This document shows positions 1 to 9,746 of a stretch of DNA of 64,000 bases, piece after piece. The stretch comes from a virus (taxonomy: Duplodnaviria > Caudoviricetes), in the IMG/VR virus record IMGVR_UViG_3300025387_000015, positions 12,555 through 76,554 of that record. The stretch is one strand, 5' to 3'. A model generated the notes under the pieces. That model did no database searches. It had not been told where the DNA came from and saw nothing but the letters and a program-made list of their open reading frames with translations. Made by a program: the position numbers and the translations under genes. Position 1 is the first letter of the stretch. Each line of letters starts with the position of its first letter.

Positions 1-57
1 GTTTGTGATTACGATAGTAATTGTAACTGTAATTGTAATTGTAATTGTGGCGGTTAA
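1..57 (+). CDS. 3' end of an upstream gene ending VCDYDSNCNCNCNCNCGG-stop (Cys-rich NC-repeat tail); missed by the ORF track
   Basis: Frame 1 reads gtt tgt gat tac gat agt (aat/aac tgt)x5 ggc ggt taa; stop 55-57 lies 1 nt before the ATG at 59. Confidence 0.8.
   Translation, partial: VCDYDSNCNCNCNCNCGG
19..48 (+). repeat. 6-nt tandem repeat (AAYTGT)x5 encoding Asn-Cys x5
   Basis: aattgt aactgt aattgt aattgt aattgt. Confidence 0.9.
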
Positions 58-58
58 A

Positions 59-919
59 ATGACTCCTATAAAATTATTAAATTATTTTGCTACGACATCA
101 TACAACCATCCTGAGTATATGGAAGTAACTCAGAAAGATGATAATAATTTACAAGTTAATGCTAACATACTTCCTCCAAACAAACAACTCAGCTGGAATA
201 TAAATTTTGATGAACTTCTAAGATCAGAAGAATGTCAAAATGGAATGGGTGTTTGGACTCTAACTGGTTTTGCCAGAAAAGATTTTCAAAACGTTGAAAC
301 TGTAATAACACCTCCATTACAGAATGAACTAAAAAGATATTATCATGATAATTTTTTGGACTATGACGCTGCTTATCCTGGTCCAATTGAGAACAATCCT
401 GTAATCAAAAACATAGGATATCTTTTCGTTTCAGAACAAGAGAAGATATTATCTCTTGTTACTAATTATGTCTGTATAATAAAAACAAACATTAGATATA
501 AAAGAATTGATCTTCATCTAGCCGAGTATCCATTTTTTCCTATAGATGGCGCTAATAATGGTTATTTTATGACTGGTTCTATTACTGATAATACAGTGGC
601 AAACCCATTGAATAAGCCAAGTCCATTTAAACTAAATTATAAAGGACCAACTGAAGTATCTGGAAATAATTCTGTCAACTTAACCTTTGATGTTGAGTTT
701 CAAAATTTAGACTTAAAACCATGGAGCTATGGTGATTATAACAAGTTATATGCAGTGACAGATAAAGGCACAGTTGATACTTCTTGTGTTATTACCAATA
801 ACTCAGGCTCATTATCTTTTAGCGCCGCAAACATGAATGTTGGTGATACTGCTAATGTGAGAATTGGCGCTCATTGGTTCTACATATCAGAGGTATTTCA
901 AATAACTAAAACTTCTTAA
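59..919 (+). CDS. Hypothetical protein (~286 aa) between the NC-repeat gene and the radical SAM gene
   Basis: ORF track 5..919; the apparent ITIVIVTVIV N-terminus is the out-of-frame NC repeat, so ATG 59 is the likely start. Confidence 0.7.
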   Translation: MTPIKLLNYFATTSYNHPEYMEVTQKDDNNLQVNANILPPNKQLSWNINFDELLRSEECQNGMGVWTLTGFARKDFQNVETVITPPLQNELKRYYHDNFLDYDAAYPGPIENNPVIKNIGYLFVSEQEKILSLVTNYVCIIKTNIRYKRIDLHLAEYPFFPIDGANNGYFMTGSITDNTVANPLNKPSPFKLNYKGPTEVSGNNSVNLTFDVEFQNLDLKPWSYGDYNKLYAVTDKGTVDTSCVITNNSGSLSFSAANMNVGDTANVRIGAHWFYISEVFQITKTS

Positions 920-928
920 GGATATAAC

Positions 929-2212
929 ATGTTTAAACTTGAGTTACGAGATAGAGAAGGAAAAAATCATTATCTTTTTTATGATCCTCATAAGTCACTG
1001 ATCACTGATGAAGATGGAAATGATATAGTTTCTAATATAAAAGAAACTCAACAGTATAATACTGTTAAAGCAATATCTCCAGAAAATCATGGAAAGAAAA
1101 GTAAAAATATTAAAACACTAAAAATACAATTAGGATTGGCTTGTAACTATTCTTGTTCTTATTGCAGTCAAAAAGAAGAAATTAAATTTGGATCTAAAAC
1201 AAATATTAGAGATGCTGAAATATTCATGTCTAATTTGGATAAATGGTTAGTTGGTGAACCTAATAGAATTGAATTCTGGGGAGGTGAACCTTTATTATAC
1301 TGGAAAAAGATAAAATTCCTTGTAGAGAAATTATCTGAAAAGTATCCTAAAACAGAGTTTCTTATTATATCAAATGGTAGTTTACTTACTGATGAAATAA
1401 TCGAGTACATAGAAAAATATGATATTATATTTGTTATTTCTCATGATGGCCCTGGACAACATGTTCGTGGACCAGATCCATTTGATGATGAAAATCAATT
1501 TAATATGATTAAAAAATTATATAATGTTAGAAAAAATAAAGATAAGATGTGTTTTAATGCTATACTTTCTCCTGTTAATTACGACATAGAAAAAATTATT
1601 AGTTTCTTTAAAAATAAAATTGATGAAGATGTTAATGTTAACCTTGAAGGTGTTTTCATAAGTCATGAGGGTAACGATCAATATTTTACACAAGAACAAT
1701 ACAGTCAATTAACAAATAATGTTGCTCTTGCGTCTATGAAGCCAAGAAAAGAATTAATGGGTTGTTTTAATCATGCTATAAATGATTTTATAAAATCAAT
1801 TGTCACAAAAAGGCCATCAGACTCTCTTGGTTTACATTGTGGAATGGACAGTGAAGATAAAATATCAGTTGATCTTCTTGGTAATGTAATGACATGTCAG
1901 AATACTGGTGCTTTGGGAAAACATAGAATAGGTAATATACAAGATTTTGATAATATCAAATTGAATACATCTTGGCATTGGAAATATAGAGATGAATGTT
2001 CTGAATGTCCTGTGTTACAAATCTGCCAAGGTTCTTGTATGTATATGGAAGGAAAAAATTGGTATCATACTTGTAATAACTATTACCATTATAATATTGG
2101 TATTCTTGGGGGTGCATTATACCATATGACAGGTATGGTATTAACTGGAGTTTATGGCAAAATAAGAAGACCTAATCCAGAGCAATATGGAATTGAAGAT
2201 ACTAGCAAATAA
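929..2212 (+). CDS. Radical SAM protein with C-terminal SPASM domain (peptide/protein maturase type)
   Basis: CNYSCSYC (CxxxCxxC), FWGGEPLL, SPASM Cys pattern HCG..GNVMTC..CSECPVLQICQGSC..C. Confidence 0.9.
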   Translation: MFKLELRDREGKNHYLFYDPHKSLITDEDGNDIVSNIKETQQYNTVKAISPENHGKKSKNIKTLKIQLGLACNYSCSYCSQKEEIKFGSKTNIRDAEIFMSNLDKWLVGEPNRIEFWGGEPLLYWKKIKFLVEKLSEKYPKTEFLIISNGSLLTDEIIEYIEKYDIIFVISHDGPGQHVRGPDPFDDENQFNMIKKLYNVRKNKDKMCFNAILSPVNYDIEKIISFFKNKIDEDVNVNLEGVFISHEGNDQYFTQEQYSQLTNNVALASMKPRKELMGCFNHAINDFIKSIVTKRPSDSLGLHCGMDSEDKISVDLLGNVMTCQNTGALGKHRIGNIQDFDNIKLNTSWHWKYRDECSECPVLQICQGSCMYMEGKNWYHTCNNYYHYNIGILGGALYHMTGMVLTGVYGKIRRPNPEQYGIEDTSK

Positions 2213-2219
2213 TAATTTG

Positions 2220-2227
2220 TATAAATA
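2220..2227 (+). promoter_or_regulatory. T4-type late promoter TATAAATA
   Basis: Exact gp55 consensus upstream of the tail fibre gene. Confidence 0.75.
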
Positions 2228-2262
2228 AACCATAATAACAAGAACCAGGGGACAGGGAACCT

Positions 2263-5022
2263 ATGGCTGATAAAGATTTTAAGGTCAAGAATGGCCTAAC
2301 TGTAAATAATAACCTAATTTGGGCAAACAACGGTCAAATTGGATTTAATACTAACTCTCCAGACGCTAACGTAACTATTGTTGGTAATGCCAACACCCAA
2401 GGAAATGTAGCAATTACTGGTACTCTTGGAGTAAGCAACACCATATCTGTTACTGGGATCGCCACTTTTGGAAACTCAGTTTCTACCAATGGCAACATTT
2501 ATACCAACGGCTCTATCTACGCTCAAGGTATTGCTAACGTCCAGTCTTCGATTTATGGTTTTGCCAACCTAGCAATTGTTGGAAATACTACTCTTGGTAA
2601 CACTTTGAGCGTTGCTAATAATTCTTTATTCCTTGGCCCTGTTACTATGAACGCCACAACAACAATGGCAAACAACAGTAACCACAATGGCCCAGCCAAT
2701 TTTTCTAATACGATCACAGTTTTTGGTTATTCTAATTTAGTTTATAACACTGCAGTTGGCGGAACATTTATATCTAATGGTGCTGCAACATTCTCCAATT
2801 CAATCGCAGTTACTGGTAATGCTACATTTTCTAATTCAGTAGCTGTTACTGGAAACGTCACTTTCTCTAATACTTTAGTTGTGACGGGTAATGTTATTTT
2901 TTCAAACACAATAAATGGAAGAAACGTTTACGAATTCCTTGTCGCAAACAACTCAACACCGTACAATATTACCGGACAATTTAAATTTTATAATTCTATA
3001 ACAATTCTTGGTGCATTGATAGATGGCGGAGGTAATAGTGGTGGCGCAAATAATGTATTAATCTCTAATAATGGCACAGTATTCTGGGGTCCAATTGGTT
3101 CGGCTTCTGTTACTGCTCCTGCTGCCAATGGTTTACCTTCATATGCATCAAACACACAAATTATTTTCAATGACAGAGGTGGATTAAGTTCTAACGTTAA
3201 TATAACATATAATATGGATAATTATACATTTACTGCTCCAGTAATTGTTTGTTCTAATGGCACTTTATCATTAAATGCAACATCTAGCTACTTTTTTTCA
3301 AATGGATTAATTAGTTTTGGTATCAATAATCCTACTAATAAATTACACGTAGTAAGTTCATTAAACTCTGCCGATGGTATTATCGTAAGAAACACTAATA
3401 CTGGTTCTTCTTCTCAATCATATATTTCGTTAGGAACTTCTGCTGCTTCTGGTTTTAATATCGGACAAAATTATTCTGATAAATCTGCTTATATAAATCT
3501 TGTTGATAATTCATATTTAAATATTAGCGCAAATAACAGTTCAAAATTATATATCTCCGCGAACGGCAATGTTGGTGTTGGAACTACTTCTCCTGCTTAT
3601 GGTTTAGATATATCTGGTATTATCAGAGGTACAAGTGAATTTATAAGCACATCATATGGCAATGGCGGTCAATTCCGTGCTATTTCTGGCAACTATGGTG
3701 TAATGTTTAGGAATGATGGTTCTAATTTTTATCTATTATCTACTGCTTCAGGAAGTCAATATGGTTCTTACAATTCTTTAAGACCTTTTAATTATAACCT
3801 TGGAACCGGTGCAGTAAGCATTGATGGAACTGGAGCAGGTACTACGTTTGGTGGTACAATTAGTTCTGGCGCTATTTCATCTTCAGGTGGGTTATCTGGA
3901 ACTACTGGAACTTTTAGTTCTACAGTTTCTTCTACACCAGGTGGTTCTTTGGGTCTTAATATAAATGGTTCGAGCTGGATGATCGGACTGCAGCTCAACA
4001 GCGGTACAGTATCAAGAGCATATAATGATGGTACACCAAGATGGAATTTTGAACACAGACCAGTATTTGCTGGCAATCTAGCTCTTGACGCAGGCAATTA
4101 TAATAATTATGCCCCATCTAAAGATGGCACAGGCGCTTATGGTAACTGGAATATTAATGCAGTTGGCCTTACTGGTTATACTATTAATCAGAATTTAGGT
4201 ACAGGCAATTCACCAACATTTTCTGGTTTAACAACTGTTGGTGATATTGTCACATACAGAAGCGGAGGAACTACTGGTTATCACTTTTTGAATAGTGCAA
4301 CAACAAGATATATTGGATTCGATGGTAGCAATTACGTAATGCCTAGTTCTGATCTATATGTTAATGGTGGTCGTGTTCTTACTTCTAGTAATTATACTGG
4401 ATACAATAGTTGGGGTGGAACGGGAATATATGCAGAAAGATTCTATGATTATTATAGCAACGGATATTTTTTCATAGGTCGTAGTCAGTCAAGAATGAGT
4501 TCTGTTAATCTTGATGTTGGTGTTTGGAATTATTCATCAGAAGGTTGGGCTAGAATATTATTTAATAATTCAGCTAGTACTGTGTATCGTGGCGCTAGCA
4601 CAAGTCAGTGGGTTCATGAATTCCAAACAAATGATGGTGACACTAAATGGTTGATGGCTGCAGCTGGTGATTTTTATGCTAAAGGAAATGTTGTTGCATA
4701 TTGGACATCAGATATAAAATTTAAAGAAAATATTAAACCATTATCAAATGCATTGAGTAAAATCAATAAAATAAATGGCGTGGAATTTGATTGGAAAGAT
4801 GATTATCTGGATACTTTAGCAATAAAAGATCCATATTATATCAAAAAACATGATGTTGGTGTTATTGCACAAGAGATTGAAGAAGTATTACCACAGATAG
4901 TTTCAACTAAAGAAGATGGAACTAAGGCTGTAAGATATGAAAAGATTGTTGCTCTATTGATTCAAGGAATAAAAGAACTTTCCGATGAGGTTAGTGAATT
5001 AAAGAAACAGGTTAAAGGATAA
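2263..5022 (+). CDS. Tail fibre/spike protein with C-terminal intramolecular chaperone (peptidase S74)
   Basis: N/G/S/T-rich beta repeats; C-terminal WTSDIKFKENIKPL...HDVGVIAQEIEEVLP...YEKIVALLIQGIKEL. Confidence 0.88.
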   Translation: MADKDFKVKNGLTVNNNLIWANNGQIGFNTNSPDANVTIVGNANTQGNVAITGTLGVSNTISVTGIATFGNSVSTNGNIYTNGSIYAQGIANVQSSIYGFANLAIVGNTTLGNTLSVANNSLFLGPVTMNATTTMANNSNHNGPANFSNTITVFGYSNLVYNTAVGGTFISNGAATFSNSIAVTGNATFSNSVAVTGNVTFSNTLVVTGNVIFSNTINGRNVYEFLVANNSTPYNITGQFKFYNSITILGALIDGGGNSGGANNVLISNNGTVFWGPIGSASVTAPAANGLPSYASNTQIIFNDRGGLSSNVNITYNMDNYTFTAPVIVCSNGTLSLNATSSYFFSNGLISFGINNPTNKLHVVSSLNSADGIIVRNTNTGSSSQSYISLGTSAASGFNIGQNYSDKSAYINLVDNSYLNISANNSSKLYISANGNVGVGTTSPAYGLDISGIIRGTSEFISTSYGNGGQFRAISGNYGVMFRNDGSNFYLLSTASGSQYGSYNSLRPFNYNLGTGAVSIDGTGAGTTFGGTISSGAISSSGGLSGTTGTFSSTVSSTPGGSLGLNINGSSWMIGLQLNSGTVSRAYNDGTPRWNFEHRPVFAGNLALDAGNYNNYAPSKDGTGAYGNWNINAVGLTGYTINQNLGTGNSPTFSGLTTVGDIVTYRSGGTTGYHFLNSATTRYIGFDGSNYVMPSSDLYVNGGRVLTSSNYTGYNSWGGTGIYAERFYDYYSNGYFFIGRSQSRMSSVNLDVGVWNYSSEGWARILFNNSASTVYRGASTSQWVHEFQTNDGDTKWLMAAAGDFYAKGNVVAYWTSDIKFKENIKPLSNALSKINKINGVEFDWKDDYLDTLAIKDPYYIKKHDVGVIAQEIEEVLPQIVSTKEDGTKAVRYEKIVALLIQGIKELSDEVSELKKQVKG
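2788..2913 (+). repeat. 36-nt (12-aa) coding tandem repeat TFSNS(I/V)AVTGN(A/V), about 3.5 copies
   Basis: TFSNSIAVTGNA / TFSNSVAVTGNV / TFSNTLVVTGNV / IFSNTI. Confidence 0.85.
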
Positions 5023-5026
5023 TAAA

Positions 5027-5389
5027 ATGGCAGTCACTTACACTTGGGAAATAACTCAATTACACGTTTCTGATCTTCCAAATAATCCAAATACGGTAGC
5101 CAGTATATCTTGGAGAAAAATTGGAACTAATGAAGATGGAGTTATTGGTATTTATGAAGGAGGAACTAAATTTGATTTAGATGCTGTCGCTATTACTCTT
5201 GGTACTAATTCTAATACTAAATTCGTTGATTTCTCAGATCTTAAAGAAAAAACAATATTGAGTTGGATAAAGAAAAATATAGATAAAAGATACGAAGATT
5301 ATATAAACAATTCTATTGATCAAAAAATAAATGAAAACAAATATAACAAAAAAATTGTTGATTTCCCTTGGAAGAAAAATAAGGATTAA
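5027..5389 (+). CDS. Small tail-fibre-associated protein
   Basis: MAVTYTWEITQL-type protein directly after an S74 fibre. Confidence 0.55.
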   Translation: MAVTYTWEITQLHVSDLPNNPNTVASISWRKIGTNEDGVIGIYEGGTKFDLDAVAITLGTNSNTKFVDFSDLKEKTILSWIKKNIDKRYEDYINNSIDQKINENKYNKKIVDFPWKKNKD

Positions 5390-5391
5390 AT

Positions 5392-6102
5392 ATGTCTTTA
5401 CCTGGTTCTGGGCAAATATCTTTAGGTGATGTAAGATCCATCATCCAACCAGGAGGTGGTCAAATAGATATGAACAATGGTAATGGTAGATATATGGCCC
5501 ATGGTAGTTTTGATTATAACACATGGATCAGTATGAGTGATTTTCGTAACAAACCAAGTTCCGGTGGAATTAGTTATACTACCGGTAATGGATATGCAGT
5601 AAATACTTGGTATTCTTTCATTTGTCCTGCTTATCAAACCTTCGCAGCTTCAGTTAATGGTGGTGGTGGCGGCGGTGGTGGCGGAGATAACCACAATGGA
5701 CCATATGGCAACAATGGTGATCCAGGCGGCCCAGGAGCTCCTACATATTTTCAGTTTCCTGGTTTCGTAAGTCACGGTTATGGTGGAGCTGCCGGTGGTG
5801 GCAATGCTGGTTGTGGAAACGTTGCTGCCGGTGGTGGCGCTGATGCCACAGGTGGTTTTGGTTCATTTACTGGAGGTGGGGCAGCAAACGGTGGTAGATG
5901 TGGTAATCCTCAACAAGGCGGAGCTTGGGGAGGAACTGGAGGTTCTGGTGGGACAGCTTATTCTGTTTTTACTTTTAATTCCAGCCCATACTATCCAGGT
6001 TATTCGTCAACGGTTAGCGTATATATAGGTAATGGTGGCACTGCTGGCCCACAAAATGCTGGACCTGGTGGCGCTGGATATGTTAATGTATCTTGGTCTT
6101 AA
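5392..6102 (+). CDS. Glycine-rich tail adhesin-like protein (gp38-like architecture)
   Basis: N-terminal MSLPGSGQISLGDV..ISMSDFRNK followed by poly-Gly motifs (GGGGGGGG, GAAGGG, GNGG); sits after the fibre. Confidence 0.6.
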   Translation: MSLPGSGQISLGDVRSIIQPGGGQIDMNNGNGRYMAHGSFDYNTWISMSDFRNKPSSGGISYTTGNGYAVNTWYSFICPAYQTFAASVNGGGGGGGGGDNHNGPYGNNGDPGGPGAPTYFQFPGFVSHGYGGAAGGGNAGCGNVAAGGGADATGGFGSFTGGGAANGGRCGNPQQGGAWGGTGGSGGTAYSVFTFNSSPYYPGYSSTVSVYIGNGGTAGPQNAGPGGAGYVNVSWS

Positions 6103-6120
6103 TAAAAGGATTGTTTCATA

Positions 6121-6633
6121 ATGGATCTTTACATTCAATTAAAAGATGGTGAACCTTTTGAACACCCAATTCCTGATTGGAATATGAAAATGTTTTTCCC
6201 AGATCTTGACCCTAGTAACCCACCAGAGGGGTTTGGGAGATTTGAAAGAGTTCCTTATCCAGAATTGACACCAACACAAATAGTTGATAAAATTAATTAT
6301 GAATTAAGTAACTACTATACAGATCTTTATAAAACTAAAACTTGGACAGACGTATATCATGTAAGAGATTTATCACAAGAAGAATTAGATAAAATAAACA
6401 ATGATAGTATACCACCAAAACCAAATGATGGTAAAGATTATTACTACGATGACAACCTAAAGAAATGGATTGATAGTTCACTGGCTATTGATGTGTTCAG
6501 ACCTTTCTTCAAAAAATACAATATTGATTTTAAAACTTTTGATTTCGAAACATTAGATGGCCTAACTCCTGATCAGAAAAAAGAATTCGGTCAATTATTG
6601 TTACAACTAAACAAACAAGCTGCCATTTCTTAA
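6121..6633 (+). CDS. Hypothetical protein, possibly tail-fibre assembly associated
   Basis: ORF in the fibre cassette with WTDVYHVRDL and YYYDDNLKKW motifs. Confidence 0.5.
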   Translation: MDLYIQLKDGEPFEHPIPDWNMKMFFPDLDPSNPPEGFGRFERVPYPELTPTQIVDKINYELSNYYTDLYKTKTWTDVYHVRDLSQEELDKINNDSIPPKPNDGKDYYYDDNLKKWIDSSLAIDVFRPFFKKYNIDFKTFDFETLDGLTPDQKKEFGQLLLQLNKQAAIS

Positions 6634-6649
6634 AAATTAGGATTCATTA

Positions 6650-8215
6650 ATGGATAAAATTATATCTAGGGAATGGATCCCTAATGACTCTAAATTTTAT
6701 GCAGTTTCAGATTCTTTCAATAGCAAAGTTCAAGAATTTTCAAAAGAACAACTTTGTGTTATTATAGATTATTATAAAAACAAATTAGTAGACGCTGGCG
6801 TTGAACCTGGGCAAAAAATAGGAATAGGATTTGCCTCTACAGATATTTCTTATACCGCTATTATTTTTGCTGCAGCCGAACTTGGTCTTAAGTTAGTAGT
6901 TCTCAACACTCTTACTTCTTTAAGGTTGATCAAATCCGCTAAATGTAGTGCTCATATGCCACTAGATGTATTTGTGTATTACCAATATAGGAACACTCAT
7001 TTAGATCAGCTATTGAGAAATATCAAATACTATATTAATAATTCAAAAAAAGTTATACAAATAGATACAAATTGGTCATCAGAATCAATAAATTCTATTC
7101 CTAGAATTCCATTATACGCAAAACCAGAAAATGATTTATTGTTGTGTAGCAGTTCTGGAACAACTGGTGCACCAAAATTAATACATCACAACCAAGAATA
7201 CCTTTACGATTTGGCAAAATACAACTGGGAACCATTAGAATTAAACGAAAATGATTCTGTATATCATTTTTCTAGTTTGAATCATGGAGCTTCTCTGAGT
7301 GTGTTTTTCTTACCTGCCGTAAATAAATGTAAGAAACATTACTTTGATTTACCAACAGAACTAAGAAGTCAAATAGATCACGAAAAAAACTTTGTATTCC
7401 AAGCATGTAAATTGTGCAACATTACTGTTATATTATCTCCGAACAATAATATAACCGATGGTATAATTGAAGCTATACAGGATTCAGAAGATGGTTTACC
7501 AAATACGACAATTATAGTTCTTACTTTTATTAATCCTAGATGGTTAAATGTAGTAAAATCTGGCAAACTAAAAAAGATTATAAGCGCATTTGGATGTTCA
7601 GAAGCAGGTGGTCCAATATTACTGCCATACATAGATAAAAACACAGATATAAATTCTTTTGATCCTAAATTTCTAGGAAAACCATTAGAAGGGTTTTTCA
7701 AAACAAACGTAGTTGATGGTATGTTAACAGTAAATCTTCCTAATGGAAATACCGTAGAAACAGAAGACATCATCAAAGAAACAGAAAATGGTTATTATTT
7801 TGTAAGAAAAAACAAACTTAAAAAAATAAATGATATTGACATAAATCCTTTAGACATAATTGGATTACTTGAAACATACTGTTCCAGAAGCAGATTTGAA
7901 ATAGTAATCGAAGAAGTTTACAATAAACTTTACATAGTTACTGACAACCAAACCATGATAGACTATGAAGATGATATAAAGAAAATAATTAAAAATTTCT
8001 ACGACGGGGAAGTAAACCTAACAGCTGTTATTTTCATGCCTAATTTTTCCGATGCTATAGTTTCAATAAAACCTGATAGGGACATTCTTTTAGACTACAT
8101 TAGAGAAAGAGATTACTTCATGGGAAGCGTAGATGGTTTACCAAATATTCCACGTAAAGCTGTTGAAACTTTTTTTAAAACAATAAATGAAGAAATTAAG
8201 AAAATAAATAAATAA
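6650..8215 (+). CDS. Adenylate-forming (ANL/AMP-binding) enzyme, divergent
   Basis: P-loop SSSGTTGAPKLI, AFGCSEAGG (YGxTE-like), TEDII (TGD-like). Confidence 0.75.
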   Translation: MDKIISREWIPNDSKFYAVSDSFNSKVQEFSKEQLCVIIDYYKNKLVDAGVEPGQKIGIGFASTDISYTAIIFAAAELGLKLVVLNTLTSLRLIKSAKCSAHMPLDVFVYYQYRNTHLDQLLRNIKYYINNSKKVIQIDTNWSSESINSIPRIPLYAKPENDLLLCSSSGTTGAPKLIHHNQEYLYDLAKYNWEPLELNENDSVYHFSSLNHGASLSVFFLPAVNKCKKHYFDLPTELRSQIDHEKNFVFQACKLCNITVILSPNNNITDGIIEAIQDSEDGLPNTTIIVLTFINPRWLNVVKSGKLKKIISAFGCSEAGGPILLPYIDKNTDINSFDPKFLGKPLEGFFKTNVVDGMLTVNLPNGNTVETEDIIKETENGYYFVRKNKLKKINDIDINPLDIIGLLETYCSRSRFEIVIEEVYNKLYIVTDNQTMIDYEDDIKKIIKNFYDGEVNLTAVIFMPNFSDAIVSIKPDRDILLDYIRERDYFMGSVDGLPNIPRKAVETFFKTINEEIKKINK

Positions 8216-8233
8216 CATAAACGGGGAATTTAA

Positions 8234-8974
8234 ATGGCAATACCAGTAAACAGAGCTACGTTTAAAGAATACTGCCTGAGAAGATTAGGCAAACCATTAA
8301 ACGAAGTAAACATTGACGACGATCAATTAGAAGATCGTATCGACGATGCATTACAGTATTTCTGGGATTACCATTTTTCCGGATCCGAGAAAACTTATTA
8401 CAAATATCAAGTAACTCCACAAGACCAAACTAACAAATATATTACTCTTCCAGACAACATAATTGGAGTAGTAAATATGTTTCCTGTTGGTCAAGCTCTC
8501 AACACCAATAATCTATTCAATATCCGTTATCAGATTGCACTCAATGACCTTTACACCCTTACTTCGGTGTCTATGGTTCCATATTATATGGCACTTCAAC
8601 ATGTTCAATTTCTTGAACAGATGTTAGTTGGTCAACAACCATTAAGATATAATCGTTACATTAATCGCTGCTATATAGACATGGACTGGAGTATCGTTAA
8701 CCCAGGAGACTACATCATACTAGAAGCGTATCAAGTAGTAGACCCAGCAGTATATACTAAAGTGTGGACAGATCGTTGGCTCCAGAGATACGCTACTTGT
8801 CTAATCAAACAGCAGTATGGTACCAATCTTAAAAAATATGGTTCAATGCCACTTCCTGGTGGTATCACTTTTAATGGTCAGAAGATATATGACGAAGCGA
8901 CTGAAGAGCGTAAAGAGCTTGAAGACGAAATGATCAACAGCTACAGCTTGCCAGTTACGGACATGATCGGTTAA
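8234..8974 (+). CDS. gp13: Neck protein gp13
   Basis: EYCLRRLGKP..DDDQLEDRIDDALQYF; T4 synteny. Confidence 0.9.
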   Translation: MAIPVNRATFKEYCLRRLGKPLNEVNIDDDQLEDRIDDALQYFWDYHFSGSEKTYYKYQVTPQDQTNKYITLPDNIIGVVNMFPVGQALNTNNLFNIRYQIALNDLYTLTSVSMVPYYMALQHVQFLEQMLVGQQPLRYNRYINRCYIDMDWSIVNPGDYIILEAYQVVDPAVYTKVWTDRWLQRYATCLIKQQYGTNLKKYGSMPLPGGITFNGQKIYDEATEERKELEDEMINSYSLPVTDMIG

Positions 8975-8993
8975 AATCCGTAACAAGTTATAA

Positions 8994-9001
8994 TATAAAT
9001 A
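8994..9001 (+). promoter_or_regulatory. T4-type late promoter TATAAATA
   Basis: Exact consensus upstream of gp14. Confidence 0.75.
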
Positions 9002-9023
9002 GATAAAATAGAGGATTTATAAC

Positions 9024-9746
9024 TTGGCAACGAGCGTATTCTTTAACAACTTCGGAGCTTCTCAAGAGCAAGATCTGTTAAATAATCTTATCATAGAATC
9101 AATAAGGATCTATGGTAACGACGTATATTACATTCCACGTAAATTAAATAATTATGATGATGTATATGGTGCTGATGATCAGTCATCATACGAACAGGCT
9201 ATTCTTTTAGAGATGTATATCGAATCCTATGATGGGTTCAAGGGTGACGGCAATTTTATGTCAAAGTTTGGCATTGAGATCAGAGATCAAGTTACTTTCG
9301 CAGTCGCAATGAGAATATTTGATGATGAAGTTGGAAACATAACTACTCAACTAAGACCAAACGAAGGTGATCTGATATTCTTTCCACTAAACAAGAAATG
9401 TTTTCAAATCAAATACACTGATAAATTTGAGATGTATTATCCATTAGGTGCGCTGTATCTATGGAAGATGACATGCGAATTGTTTGAATATTCTAATGAA
9501 AGAATTTCAACAGGAATACCGGAAATTGATAATCTCCAAATCAAATTTGATATTAATGCAATTGATTGGTCTATCAAAGATCAAGCTGGAAATATGTTAT
9601 TAAATGAAGACGGAGATTATCTAGTTCTAGAAGGTTCTTCAACTTCAGATAAAGTTGTCTCTGACGATTCAAAAACTATACAAACTGAATCAAATACATT
9701 TGTTGATTTCAGTATTACTGATCCATTCAGTATGGGTAATATATAA
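9024..9746 (+). CDS. gp14: Neck/head closure protein gp14
   Basis: ESIRIYGNDVYYIPR, SKFGIEIRDQ, RPNEGDLIFFP; synteny; TTG start. Confidence 0.88.
   Translation: MATSVFFNNFGASQEQDLLNNLIIESIRIYGNDVYYIPRKLNNYDDVYGADDQSSYEQAILLEMYIESYDGFKGDGNFMSKFGIEIRDQVTFAVAMRIFDDEVGNITTQLRPNEGDLIFFPLNKKCFQIKYTDKFEMYYPLGALYLWKMTCELFEYSNERISTGIPEIDNLQIKFDINAIDWSIKDQAGNMLLNEDGDYLVLEGSSTSDKVVSDDSKTIQTESNTFVDFSITDPFSMGNI

Noticed and set aside
5-58. Hydrophobic ITIVIVTVIVIVIVAV 'signal/TM' at the start of ORF 5..919
   Set aside because: Out-of-frame reading of the (AAYTGT)5 Asn-Cys repeat belonging to the upstream gene; ATG 59 follows that gene's stop
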